A stretch of DNA of 64,000 nt from Cyanidioschyzon merolae (lineage: Eukaryota), in assembly GCA_000091205.1 (NCBI GenBank), contig AP006485.2. The stretch is one strand, 5' to 3'. How positions within the stretch are numbered: position 1 is the stretch's first letter; every line of letters begins with the position of its first letter. This document shows, one piece after another, positions 54,661 to 64,000 of this stretch. The notes beneath the pieces are model-generated. The model had not been told where the DNA came from, made no database searches, and saw nothing but the letters and a program-made list of their open reading frames with translations. The position numbers were made by a program, and so were the translations under genes.

Positions 54661-57174
54661 TTGACAGGCCACATAATGCGGACAGTTAGGGTACCGAAAA
54701 AGTCGACAGAGCGTATTCCAGTACTTGAATCGGTTGTTTTGAGATCGCTGTTCGAGTTTCGAGGAGCTGTAACGCCAGCTCGGCGCGAGGGGGTCACGCA
54801 GCGCTACGAGCACGCGTGCAAGCACCTGAAAGCGTTGCGCGAACGAGTGTCGGTCATCAGCTCTGCTCCGGACGTTGAACGAGCTGGTGATGCCGTCCAA
54901 GTCATTCGAGACTACTACCGGGCGTTGCGTTTTCTGGAGACGCGCTTTGTTTTCAGGCGTGCGGTTGCACCTGCGTCAGTGCGGCGAGGTCTACTACAGC
55001 GCCAGAACGGTACGAGTACGGGGCAACAGAAGACGGGCGCAGGACACGTAGACGCTCCTAATGTAACGCTAACTTTCACTTGGATGGATGCGTTTCAAAC
55101 TAGACAGCGCTGTTCGAGCTCTAGCACACAGCTGGAGAAAGCCGGTCTGCTATTCAATCTGGCGGTGTGCTATTGCACGCGGGCCCATGACCTGGTACTG
55201 CCGGAGCCGCTGACCGAGGCCGCACTCAGAGAAGCGTTACAAGGTTTTCAGTGTGCTGCTGGTCTTTTCGCACTCATTCAGCACATGTCGCTGGACAGTA
55301 TTGGAGCGGACCTCACTCAGGATCTGCACCAAACGTCGCTGGATACGCTGAAACTAGTCATGCTTGGCAATGCACAACTTTGCACCGTCGATTTCGCGAT
55401 TGCCGAGAATCGATCGAGTTCGACGGTGAGCTGCCTGGCAGGTGGTGCTGTCGAGCTGTACGGGCGGGCAGTAGCGAATGCCGGGACTCGTTACTTCCCC
55501 GCCGACTTTATCGTTGAATTAGAGCTGCTCCGAGATTACGCTGAGGCGGTTGCCATGCAGTACGCTGCAATGGAACTTGATGCAGACGGCACCGGGGATA
55601 TCCAACGGCTCATGGCGATGCAGGAGGAGGATTTAGTAGAAAGAGCGCGGCGGTATTCCGAAGCGGTCGTCATCGCGGAAAGGCTACTCAAGAGTGAGCT
55701 CGTCCGGCGCGATACACCGTTGCAACGACGCATCGAAGCTCTTCGCGATCGATGTCGTTCCGCCCGCGAGCGCTGTGAACGTGAAAATGCGGTTGTTTTT
55801 CAAGTCGATTTCAGCAAAAGACGCGCGGATGACAGAAATCGTCACTCAGCGCCGTCGCAACTGCGTAGACGCATCCTGGCAACGACACCTGATCTACGAG
55901 AACTGGCGGCGTCGCTGGGCGATGGCCAGGCAGCGGAACGCATGGCCGCCCTGAGTCCCGCTGCGTTTCTTCCGCCGAGTTCACCGCTCTTGGCCCTACA
56001 GAATCTGGTGCCACTCGAATTCATCCCAATGCGAAATGATTACGACAAACGGGTCCGCGCTCTGGTCGAGCGAGCAGTAGAGCGGCTGCGGGAAGCGAAT
56101 CGCGTTTCAGGCAGCCTGCGAAGAGAGCTGAATCTCGAAGCGATCCTCGCGAGTATTCCGAGAAAATTCTCTGACCTGCGCGAGACCGAGACACCGGAAG
56201 AACTTAACCGTGGAACGGTTGTGCGATTCAAGGAGTTGCACGCAGATCTCAACGCGGAAGAAGGTTCCGACCGACTCGCTTCAGAGCTGATCCGCCAAGC
56301 CAAGGAGAAAGTGCGGCGGGCGGAAATCCTTCTGAGCGCAGAGGCAGCGGAAGACGCGGAGTGGCGCGCTAAACTCCGAGGCCGTGCGCATCGGCCGGAA
56401 TCCGCGGAAGCCCAACAGTCATACCACGCCGAACTGCATCTTATCCAAATTGAGCTGCAAGCTTGCACAGCCGCGAGGCGCAGTGTGAGCACGCGAGCCC
56501 AACATTGTCAGGAGTCGAGTGTTCGCGACGCCTTGTCCATTTTGGAACAAAACGGATCCAACGGGGAGACCACCAGTGCCGCCACTAGTACTGCAACCAT
56601 CACCACCAGTGCCCCGGCTCAGTGTGGGTCCATTTTCGACCATCGGTCGCGGGTAATCACCACTGAGCACCCAGTGGCTGTGCAGTTGCACCATGCTGCA
56701 GCGCGACTGGTTGACATGGAGACACGCAGGGACGCGGTCGCGCGCGAACTAGAACAGCAGCGCTTTTCGGACGACTTTGGGTGCACCCTGCTCGAAGATC
56801 CGCTGCCGGATGATGATTTCCACGCAAGCGCAACCGAAATTATCGAGCGAATCATCGAACGGCGTTATGGGGCCCTCATTCGACGCGCGGAAGATCTCCT
56901 AGGGAGCGTGGCTTCCAGTGCGCGCCACGAACTCATCAAGGCGGTCGAAGATCTCAAAAGTCTGCGGGCGGAGAGGGATCGCGAGCTGGCCGCAGCTGCA
57001 GATTTGGCCGGGCGGGTGCATCGAGCCATTGAGGATATGCAGGCGCTCATTCAGGAAAGAAACCGCGTGCGAGAGCGCTGTTCCCGTCTTCTCGAACGAT
57101 CCGAAGCATTACTCGGGAGCGTCGAGGGGTTCTGTGAAGCGCGTCGACTTGAAGTTTCGCTAGGGTCGTCATGA
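54661..57174 (+). CDS. BRO1-domain protein (ALIX/Bro1 family, ESCRT-associated).
   Basis: N-terminal BRO1 signature: ... YYRALRFLETRF ... FTWMDAF ... SSSTQLEKAGLLFNLAVCYCTRA ... LQGFQCAAGLFALI. It is followed by a long helical V-domain-like region. Uninterrupted 837-aa ORF. Confidence 0.65.
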   Translation: MTGHIMRTVRVPKKSTERIPVLESVVLRSLFEFRGAVTPARREGVTQRYEHACKHLKALRERVSVISSAPDVERAGDAVQVIRDYYRALRFLETRFVFRRAVAPASVRRGLLQRQNGTSTGQQKTGAGHVDAPNVTLTFTWMDAFQTRQRCSSSSTQLEKAGLLFNLAVCYCTRAHDLVLPEPLTEAALREALQGFQCAAGLFALIQHMSLDSIGADLTQDLHQTSLDTLKLVMLGNAQLCTVDFAIAENRSSSTVSCLAGGAVELYGRAVANAGTRYFPADFIVELELLRDYAEAVAMQYAAMELDADGTGDIQRLMAMQEEDLVERARRYSEAVVIAERLLKSELVRRDTPLQRRIEALRDRCRSARERCERENAVVFQVDFSKRRADDRNRHSAPSQLRRRILATTPDLRELAASLGDGQAAERMAALSPAAFLPPSSPLLALQNLVPLEFIPMRNDYDKRVRALVERAVERLREANRVSGSLRRELNLEAILASIPRKFSDLRETETPEELNRGTVVRFKELHADLNAEEGSDRLASELIRQAKEKVRRAEILLSAEAAEDAEWRAKLRGRAHRPESAEAQQSYHAELHLIQIELQACTAARRSVSTRAQHCQESSVRDALSILEQNGSNGETTSAATSTATITTSAPAQCGSIFDHRSRVITTEHPVAVQLHHAAARLVDMETRRDAVARELEQQRFSDDFGCTLLEDPLPDDDFHASATEIIERIIERRYGALIRRAEDLLGSVASSARHELIKAVEDLKSLRAERDRELAAAADLAGRVHRAIEDMQALIQERNRVRERCSRLLERSEALLGSVEGFCEARRLEVSLGSS

Positions 57175-57857
57175 GGCCGTCGTTGTCGCTCGCGTGCCCA
57201 TCATCCGCTAGGCCCGCTTCACGAGCCGGCCAATGTCTATACTCGATACGCATCGGGCAATACGCAGCTTGCCGACTCGCAGTCGAGTGTAGGCGCTCTA
57301 TTGCTTCTTGGTCACATTGACCTGCATTTCGCATGCATTGTCTATGGGTGCTTTTTGGATCAGGGCCTGGCGCTGACCTACTGTATGGACGCGTCCATGA
57401 GCGGTTCCATATTCGCAGGTCGAAATGCTCCGCACGTTTGGTAGTTGTCCTTGCGTGTGGTGTTCATTTCTTGGTTCCGTAACCACTGCACGATTGTGTT
57501 GAGGTCAAGCGTAGCGCTCGTCATTGCAGCACAGTGAACTGAGCAGTCTTCTGTACGCTTATTGCAAACAAAACGAGAAGATGTCATTGTTTCTGAAGCC
57601 ATATTCGTGCCAAAAGACATTTGCGCTTTGATTCGGTACAAAACTCGTCTTCGTCCGAGTCGTGAAGCGATCATCACCAGCACCGCGAGCGTCGGCTCTG
57701 ACGTCGGGCGCACCACAAAGCGCGAGCCGCGAGTGCTCGTCCTTAGCGCGTGCGCTGACAGTCACCAGAAGACAACAGAGTCACGCCGAGCACAAGTACG
57801 TCAAATCTCTTCCCCAAAAAACCCTTGTTATATATACATAAAGAGCGTTCGCAGTCT

Positions 57858-58403
57858 CTAGGAGACAGCTGCCTCCGAGGCGCTAGCGTCGGCGGTGGGT
57901 ACCGGCTGCGAGTCATCCGGGGAAGCGTCGAGCTCGAGGACGTTTGCCCAGTCGCAGCAACGCTTCATACCTCTTTTGACGACGTGAACTTCCGGATCTT
58001 CACCCTCTAACATCAAGAGAAGCGAAAATAGCGCCTGCATGACGTAAGCGGCAGCGAGACGCTGACCAGCAGCCTGCCGCAACCGCCGAACCGAATCGCC
58101 ATCGTTTCGTTGCTGCAACCGCTTTTGCCAAGCAGCCAGCTTCCGCAATCTTCTTTCCATCAAGCGAACACGTAGCTCGGCATCGGCTAAGAACTGATCC
58201 AGTTCAGACGCACCAAAACTTGTAGAGGTCATGTTGCGACTGCTGCACGCTGTTACCAGCGGCGGCAGCGCGACATGCATGTCGCGTTTGTTGCGGCTGC
58301 ATGCATGGGCGCCCAGCCTCAGCGTCAGCCTCAGCGCCCAGCCTCTGCAGTGGAAAAGGGGCGCTGCAGCAGCGGTCGATACGCTTGCATATCTTTGACA
58401 CAT
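57858..58403 (-). CDS. Hypothetical small coiled-coil protein. The likely start is the internal Met of MTSTSF.
   Basis: ORF divergent from RPL35. The segment ELDQFLADAELRVRLMERRLRKLAAWQKRLQQ looks helical. No family recognised. Confidence 0.2.
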   Translation of the reverse strand: MCQRYASVSTAAAAPLFHCRGWALRLTLRLGAHACSRNKRDMHVALPPLVTACSSRNMTSTSFGASELDQFLADAELRVRLMERRLRKLAAWQKRLQQRNDGDSVRRLRQAAGQRLAAAYVMQALFSLLLMLEGEDPEVHVVKRGMKRCCDWANVLELDASPDDSQPVPTADASASEAAVS

Positions 58404-58626
58404 TATAGTACATCCTAGTACATAGTATTATATCAGAGGACAGATCTTCGGATGCTGCGCCTGGTGGTGTCACACGTGACATGCAATCGTCGCCGATACC
58501 ATGGACGCGGCCGCGAACCACGCTCCACAAACTGGAACGCTGCCTCGTTCTCTTAGGCTATCGTGTGTGCTATACGGCCGTGGTGTGAAGCGCAGCGCAG
58601 CAAGTATTCACGAGCAGCACCATAAA

Positions 58627-58762
58627 TATGGTTTTGAAAGCACATGAACTTCGAGGAAAGTCCAGACAAGAGTTGGAGCAGCAGTTACAAGCGCTGAAGA
58701 CGGAACTTCAGCAGCTGCGTGTGCTGCAGGTAAGCGGTGGCGGCGCTGGCAAGCTCGGGAAG
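58627..58762 (+). CDS. RPL35: 60S ribosomal protein uL29 (L35), exon 1.
   Basis: MVLKAHELRGKSRQELEQQLQALKTELQQLRVLQVSGGGAGKLGK matches eukaryotic L35 (MAKIKARDLRGKKKEEL ... LRVAKVTGGAASKLSKI). The exon ends in phase 2 at a GTAAGT donor at 58763. Confidence 0.8.
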
Positions 58763-58933
58763 ATGTAAGTTGTTGTTCGCCTGCTGTGCGTGTGTTTATG
58801 TAGATGTTCGTGATGAACACTAGAGCTTTGATAGGGACATTTGAGGGTGCAGCAAGGGATTCTTGCGGGCGCTCTTTGAAACTTGCTCTTTCTGATGGGG
58901 CGCGGCTCGGGAACCAGAACTAACCACTTGTAG

Positions 58934-59195
58934 TAAGGAGGTGCGCAAGTCTATTGCTAGGGTATTGACGGTTATGTCTCAGGCGAGGAGAAAAGCGTTG
59001 CGAGAAGAATACATGAATAAGAAGTTTAAGCCGTTGGATCTGCGGCCGAAGCTTACGCGAGCGATGCGGCGGAAGTTGTCGAAGACGGACGCCGCACGCA
59101 AGACCCTCCGTCAACAGAAGCGCGAGCAGAACTTTCCAAAACGGCGTTTTGCGATCTTGCCCGTACCGCGTGATTCTCTCATGCAATCAGAATAA
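58934..59195 (+). CDS. RPL35: 60S ribosomal protein uL29 (L35), exon 2, after a 171-nt GT-AG intron (58763..58933).
   Basis: Acceptor is TAG at 58931-58933. Exon 2 encodes (I)[62 protein letters not shown] ... The junction restores exact colinearity with human RPL35 (... [18 protein letters not shown] ...). Confidence 0.8.
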
Positions 59196-59345
59196 GTGGT
59201 CTACGGAACCAGTGAAAACGGCGTTTTGCGATCTTGCCGGTACTGCGTGATCCTCGCATGTTCTCAGACTAGTTCGTCCACTGACCTGACCGCATCGATA
59301 CGTGACGAGGTGCGAGCGCGTTACCGTCCACAACGATGCCTGCCT

Positions 59346-59381
59346 GCATGTCTCTCTCTCTCTGTATGTGTGTGTGTGTGT
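59346..59381. repeat. Compound (TC)n(TG)n microsatellite.
   Basis: tctctctctctgtatgtgtgtgtgtgtgtgtgtgtc. Confidence 0.85.
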
Positions 59382-59900
59382 GTGTGTCGAGAACGTGCTC
59401 TTTTACCAACCGCACGCAACGTCTGGTGAACAGCCTTGCTAAAGGTACACGCGCTACACCTGCACGACCATGGAGGCGGCAACCGAAGCGCCGTACACAC
59501 CGCATTCGCTCCATTATGGTGTGCCACTGCCAAGTCGTGCAAACGCGACCAACGATGATCTCGCTTCGCTCGACTTGCGCGATGAGCACTCAAACATCGA
59601 GGCCGGCAACCGGGCATCATCTCTAGCTGCGGCAAAAGCACAGGACACGTCACTTCGCGTCCAGCATGAAATCACCCTCACCGGTACCACGCGATATCGC
59701 CTGCAAGGCAACGCGTCCTTGCTCCTCGAACGAACCCATCTCCGAGCTGGACACTAACCAGACCATTAAAGCATTTGCATAACGCCATCGCTTTACGCCA
59801 GTTTGCCAGTTCCGCGCATTGTCCTGGCGAGTTCCCCGTTTCCACCACCACAAGCCTAGGATGCATCGTCAACGTTGCCAGCATCAGACGCTGATCGGTT

Positions 59901-62900
59901 CTAGAACCAACCCTGTAATTGTTCCATATCGAGGACACTGGCTGGTATGCGGGCGATGCGAGCACACAAGTTCAGACGATTCCGTCGAAGCGCTGGCTCA
60001 TCCACCATGACCATGACGCCGTCCAGAAACGCATCTACGCTCGGTCGAAGCGTACGTAACGCCTGTACCATGCCCAGCACGTCGTCGTTGGTGAACGGTG
60101 GCTGATCGGCATCGAAGCCGCCCCGACGAAGCGCCTCCCACAACGCTACTTCCACTTGATCCTGGAAAAGCGCGGGATCGACGCTACCGTCCAGGTCCGG
60201 TTGGCCTCGAACCAGGCGCGCGGGTCGCAGGTAGCAGGTAACTGCATCACGAAAGCGCTCTTCTGCCATGAGTGGATAGAGTTGCTGCAGGACACGATAC
60301 GCTCGAGCGGGTCTCCGTCGATGGCACTGAAGCACAGCACGCACAGCGCTCACATGGAGACCTGTCGCCGACGCCTGGGACTGGTCCGCGCCCCGAGCAA
60401 CATCGAGTGCAGGTAGACTGGAATCCGGATCCAGGAGCCACTGTTCAAAGCGCTTGTCCATAAAGTCAAGCAAATCGGCGAGCGTTTCCTCGCGAATCGA
60501 CATGTGCTGCTTGGCATACACCGCGGCCGCTGCCTCAGCGAGCGCACTGAGCTCAACGCCGTCAAAGGCGCCACGGCAGAGGATTTGGACGACGCCAAGC
60601 GCCGCTCGACGGAGCCCAAAAGGATCCGAGTTGGCCTTGGGTGCGAGACCAATACCAAAAAGGCCCACCAGCGAGTCCATGCGATCACTCAGGGCGAGCG
60701 CGACCCCGGCTGGGGTGCGCGGTACCTGGTCACCCGCACTGCGGGGTAGCACAATCTCAAAGAGTGCCCGCGCGACATCGTCGCGATAGCCCTGCTTCCG
60801 TGCGTAGTGCTCACCCATGATGCCCGCCAGTGAGGTAAACTCCACAACAAGCTGGGTTGCTAGATCGGCTTTGCAGAGCGCAGCGGCTTCTGTAGCAACC
60901 TGGCGTACCTGCTCCCAGTCTGGCGTTGGACTTTGTGCGCGCATCCGCGGTGAAGCAGTGTCCACTGGAGAATCGCATGGCGAAGGTACCGGTGCCGGTA
61001 CGCCTGCGTCCTCGTGATGCCTGTAGTGCCGCTGTGCAAGCGCATCCACGACGAACGGTACCAGCGCTTCGATGCGTCTCGTCTTGTCCAGCATGGAGCC
61101 GAGGCGCTCCTCGAAGATCAATCCCTCGAGCTTGGGCACAAAGGAAGCTAACGGCCGTTTCAGATCCGCTTCGTAGAAGAACTTGGCATCCGCGAAACGT
61201 GCCTGGATCACGGCTTCGTTCCCGCGACGCACTAGGTCAGCGTTTCGTAAGCGTCCATTGGCAACAATCACAAACGCATTCCGTAGTCGCAAATCATTCG
61301 AGTCTTGCTCGGTCGATGTCGACATCGAGCCAGACGCCTCAATGGGGAAGTAACGCTGGTGCTTCTGCATCACCGTGATCAGTACTGGAGATGGAAGCGC
61401 CAGGTACGCCTCATCAAACGATCCAAGAAGCACTTGCGGAGACTCAATGAGCCGCGCGACCTCATGGAGCATTGTCCGTTCTGGGTCGTAGATGACACCG
61501 TCTTGTTGGAGCGCCAGCGCGTTTGCCTGCCGCAGGATGGACTGCTCGCGAGCCGACACCTCAGCGACAATGTTCGCTCGCTCCAGGACCCGGTCGTAGA
61601 GCTGCGCATGCGATACAGGCAGCTGGGGTGCAATCCCGGATGCCCGCAATCCCCAGGTCACCGGGGCCGACACCACACCACCAAAGGCCACTGGAATCAC
61701 TTGGTCATCGAGCATGGCCAGCAACCAGCGCACCGGACGTGAATACAAGACACCCGACTCGTTCCAGCGCATACTCCGACGGAACTGAATCTTTGCTAGA
61801 ACCGAGTCGACCAGGCGCTCATGGAGCAGAGGTAAGGCACGCTGGCCTTGAATGGTGCGATTCAGAAAGATATACTCACCCTGTTTGGTCGCTTTTCGTT
61901 CAGTCTCAGCCTCCCAGTTCCGGATTTGATGACGCTGGGCGAAGGCCTGACCCACAGCCGTCAGTTTCCCGGTCTGAGCATCTATCGCAACTCGAGACGG
62001 TGGGCCACGGATCTGGGTCCACTGGTCTGGCTGCTTGTGAGCAACACCCTCGACGAGAATCGCATGGCGTCGTGGTGTCGCTCGCACGTGCACTTTCACT
62101 CGACCAGCGTCTGGGAGCAAGCGACTTGAGTGTAGAAGTTGCAACAGGTGTTCACGTAGCTGCTCCACGGCAGCATCAAGATCTGCTGGCGGCAATTCCT
62201 CGGTCCCTATCTCGATTAGCAACGTGGCGCCCTCACCGGATGTCTGTCGTCCTGGAGCGGCGACGGTATCCGCAGCATCGCGCTGCACCTGCTCAGTGTG
62301 CACAGCTTCATTGGCGTGGCTCGTGGGTGCAGCGCTAGCCGCAACAATCGCTGGCTGCTGTCCGAGTGGAAAGCACAGCTCCGCTCGGCGTTCCAGCCAC
62401 AAGGCGGCTACCTCGCGCGCCAGCGAACGCATACGACGAAAGTAGGCCGCACGCTCGGCAACACCAACGGCGCCACGAGCATCCAGGATGTTAAAGGTGT
62501 GACTTGTTCGCAAAACGTAATGATACGCTGGAATCGGTAATCGCTTTTGGAGCAGCTCACGTGCTTCGGCCTCAGAGAGGTCGAACAGGTGGCGCTGTCG
62601 CTCGACATCAGCCTCTTCGAGATTGTAGCGACTCATTTCGATTTCGTTCTGGAGGAACACCTCGCCGTAGGTAATGCCCGGCGCATACAGAATATCCTTG
62701 AAGTGGCTCTTTCCTTGAACGGTCATCAAGATACGCTCCATCCCATAGGTAATCTCCAGTGCAATGGGATCCAGGGAGAAGCCGCCAACCTGTTGAAAGT
62801 ACGTGTACTGGGTGATCTCGCAGCCGTCCATCCACACCTCGTAGCCGAGCCCCCAGGCGCCGAGTGCTGGTGATTCCCAGTTATCTTCCACGAAACGAAT

Positions 62901-63653
62901 ATCATGGGCGTCAATGTCGATGCCCAAGGCAGCGTACGAGCCAAGCAGTAGCTCCTGACTATTCGGTGGCGCTGGTTTCAGGATAACTTGGAACTGCGTA
63001 TGTTGCTGGATACGGTTCGGGTTCTCGCCATAGCGCGAGTCGTCAGGGCGCACCGAGGGTTCCTCGTAGGCCACGTTCCAGGGCTCTGGTCCCAGCGCAC
63101 GGAGGAACGTTGCTGGATTCATGGTGCCGGCCCCAACTTCGGCGTTATAGGGTCGCCAGAGTAAGCAGCCACGTTCGGCCCAGTAGATCTGAAGTCGCAG
63201 AATAGCCTCTTGAAAAGTCAGTGCCCCGGTGCCGTTTGCTCCAACAGCTCCACGCGGACGCGTCTCTACGTTTGTCTTTGCAGTGGTGCGCGTACCGGTG
63301 CCCGCAGGCGCTGCTGACTCTGCGGCCATACCGTCGCTCGCGCGAACGTTCTCTGTTGAACCGGGCGCCCTGAGCGTTTCTCCGGACGAAGGCGGCGTTG
63401 CACTCGCCGAATGTGTGCAAAGAGGGCCTGAATGGCGACGTCGTGGAACCGACCAGCTCAGCCGCTGACTGGCAACACGCCCGCAAGGCGACCAGCGCAC
63501 GCCGTGTCCCGTGCCTCGCCAAACAGTGCGCACACACGCCCGAACCTGAAGCGCAGCTGCGCTGAACAACATGGTCGGTGTACCTGATCGATGCTCATGT
63601 GCCAACCTCTTCACCATCGAACGCACACCGATGAAACAATTGAGCGTCCTCAC
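59901..63653 (-). CDS. glyQS: Bacterial-type glycyl-tRNA synthetase, a fused alpha (GlyQ) and beta (GlyS) polypeptide with an N-terminal organellar presequence. This is the plant EDD1-like plastid/mitochondrial GlyRS.
   Basis: The GlyQ core is nearly identical to the bacterial alpha subunit: [17 protein letters not shown] ... [56 protein letters not shown] ... [42 protein letters not shown]. About 900 aa of GlyS-like sequence follow. Aa 1-~120 are basic and Ser/Arg-rich. Uninterrupted 1250-aa ORF. Confidence 0.88.
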   Translation of the reverse strand: MRTLNCFIGVRSMVKRLAHEHRSGTPTMLFSAAALQVRACVRTVWRGTGHGVRWSPCGRVASQRLSWSVPRRRHSGPLCTHSASATPPSSGETLRAPGSTENVRASDGMAAESAAPAGTGTRTTAKTNVETRPRGAVGANGTGALTFQEAILRLQIYWAERGCLLWRPYNAEVGAGTMNPATFLRALGPEPWNVAYEEPSVRPDDSRYGENPNRIQQHTQFQVILKPAPPNSQELLLGSYAALGIDIDAHDIRFVEDNWESPALGAWGLGYEVWMDGCEITQYTYFQQVGGFSLDPIALEITYGMERILMTVQGKSHFKDILYAPGITYGEVFLQNEIEMSRYNLEEADVERQRHLFDLSEAEARELLQKRLPIPAYHYVLRTSHTFNILDARGAVGVAERAAYFRRMRSLAREVAALWLERRAELCFPLGQQPAIVAASAAPTSHANEAVHTEQVQRDAADTVAAPGRQTSGEGATLLIEIGTEELPPADLDAAVEQLREHLLQLLHSSRLLPDAGRVKVHVRATPRRHAILVEGVAHKQPDQWTQIRGPPSRVAIDAQTGKLTAVGQAFAQRHQIRNWEAETERKATKQGEYIFLNRTIQGQRALPLLHERLVDSVLAKIQFRRSMRWNESGVLYSRPVRWLLAMLDDQVIPVAFGGVVSAPVTWGLRASGIAPQLPVSHAQLYDRVLERANIVAEVSAREQSILRQANALALQQDGVIYDPERTMLHEVARLIESPQVLLGSFDEAYLALPSPVLITVMQKHQRYFPIEASGSMSTSTEQDSNDLRLRNAFVIVANGRLRNADLVRRGNEAVIQARFADAKFFYEADLKRPLASFVPKLEGLIFEERLGSMLDKTRRIEALVPFVVDALAQRHYRHHEDAGVPAPVPSPCDSPVDTASPRMRAQSPTPDWEQVRQVATEAAALCKADLATQLVVEFTSLAGIMGEHYARKQGYRDDVARALFEIVLPRSAGDQVPRTPAGVALALSDRMDSLVGLFGIGLAPKANSDPFGLRRAALGVVQILCRGAFDGVELSALAEAAAAVYAKQHMSIREETLADLLDFMDKRFEQWLLDPDSSLPALDVARGADQSQASATGLHVSAVRAVLQCHRRRPARAYRVLQQLYPLMAEERFRDAVTCYLRPARLVRGQPDLDGSVDPALFQDQVEVALWEALRRGGFDADQPPFTNDDVLGMVQALRTLRPSVDAFLDGVMVMVDEPALRRNRLNLCARIARIPASVLDMEQLQGWF

Positions 63654-64000
63654 TGATATCGGCTAGCTAGTCGCCCTGCTACGCAGCTAGCAAAGTACCA
63701 AGCCTACCGAGCAGACTGCGTTGACCAGTGCACCCGCAGCCAAGCCTCTGTCGCAACGGAGACACACACGTTCGGTGACGGCAACACAGTGCCGACGACA
63801 CCGCTTCCTACACGCCTGTACCTGTCGAGTTGGTATCGAACTGTATGAACCTGAACTAAATAATATTAAATGGTATTAGAATGGAAGAAACGCACTAGCC
63901 TCGAAATGATCCATGCGCGCAGCGCTGCGCACGGTGCCTGCACCGTCCGCGATGCACCCCCGTGGTGCTGGTGCATGCCGCACGCCCTGCGTGCAACGGC

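Noticed and set aside
59901-63653. Initial impression of an alanyl-tRNA synthetase (long class-II aaRS-sized ORF).
   Set aside because: The N-terminal core is unmistakably the bacterial GlyQ alpha subunit ([25 protein letters not shown] ... [16 protein letters not shown]). The remainder fits GlyS, so it is a fused GlyQS organellar GlyRS.

Overview
This 64-kb window looks like nuclear DNA from a GC-rich (~55-58%), intron-poor, microsatellite-bearing eukaryote. The genes are eukaryotic housekeeping genes on both strands at roughly one per 3.5 kb, and nearly all are single uninterrupted ORFs. Confidently recognised are a class-2 dihydroorotate dehydrogenase (5'-truncated by the window edge), tyrosine aminotransferase, a DDX49/Dbp8-type DEAD-box helicase, cytosolic glycyl-tRNA synthetase, 1-Cys peroxiredoxin, glutathione reductase, a divergent ribosomal pair eL42 and ubiquitin-eL40, SLX1 (GIY-YIG plus zinc finger) and a bacterial-type glycyl-tRNA synthetase alpha-beta fusion. 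Recognised with less certainty are ribosomal protein uL29/L35 carrying the only obvious spliceosomal intron in the window, a BRO1-domain protein, an F-box protein and an RmlD-like reductase. Several products are plastid-type: a YGGT/Ycf19 protein, a DnaJ-like CxxCxGxG zinc-finger membrane protein, a lycopene-cyclase-family FAD oxidoreductase and the organellar GlyQS fusion. This argues for an alga with a primary plastid. Composition and gene density are reminiscent of a cyanidiophyte red alga, but that is speculation. The most unusual feature is a ~1.37-kb direct repeat present twice at ~99% identity (8889..10253 and 16624..17988). Both copies carry a frameshifted ORF series whose 3' part matches the TnpB/Fanzor C-terminal pattern (PRY-CxxCGH). 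A third, more diverged relic at ~28.1-28.7 kb retains 'YNTSQ ... RDVNAAVNLA', which looks like the TnpB RuvC-III motif. The two repeat copies bracket a 6.4-kb block containing three of the plastid-type genes. Other notable features are a ~3.3-kb AT-rich compositional island (51.2-54.45 kb) with frameshifted lysine/arginine-rich ORFs, a 58-bp x ~6.6 tandem array immediately upstream of the peroxiredoxin start, a CAT/CGT/CAG-rich minisatellite between two divergently transcribed genes, and a 3.7-kb ORF-poor interval. I found no rRNA or tRNA genes and no CRISPR arrays.
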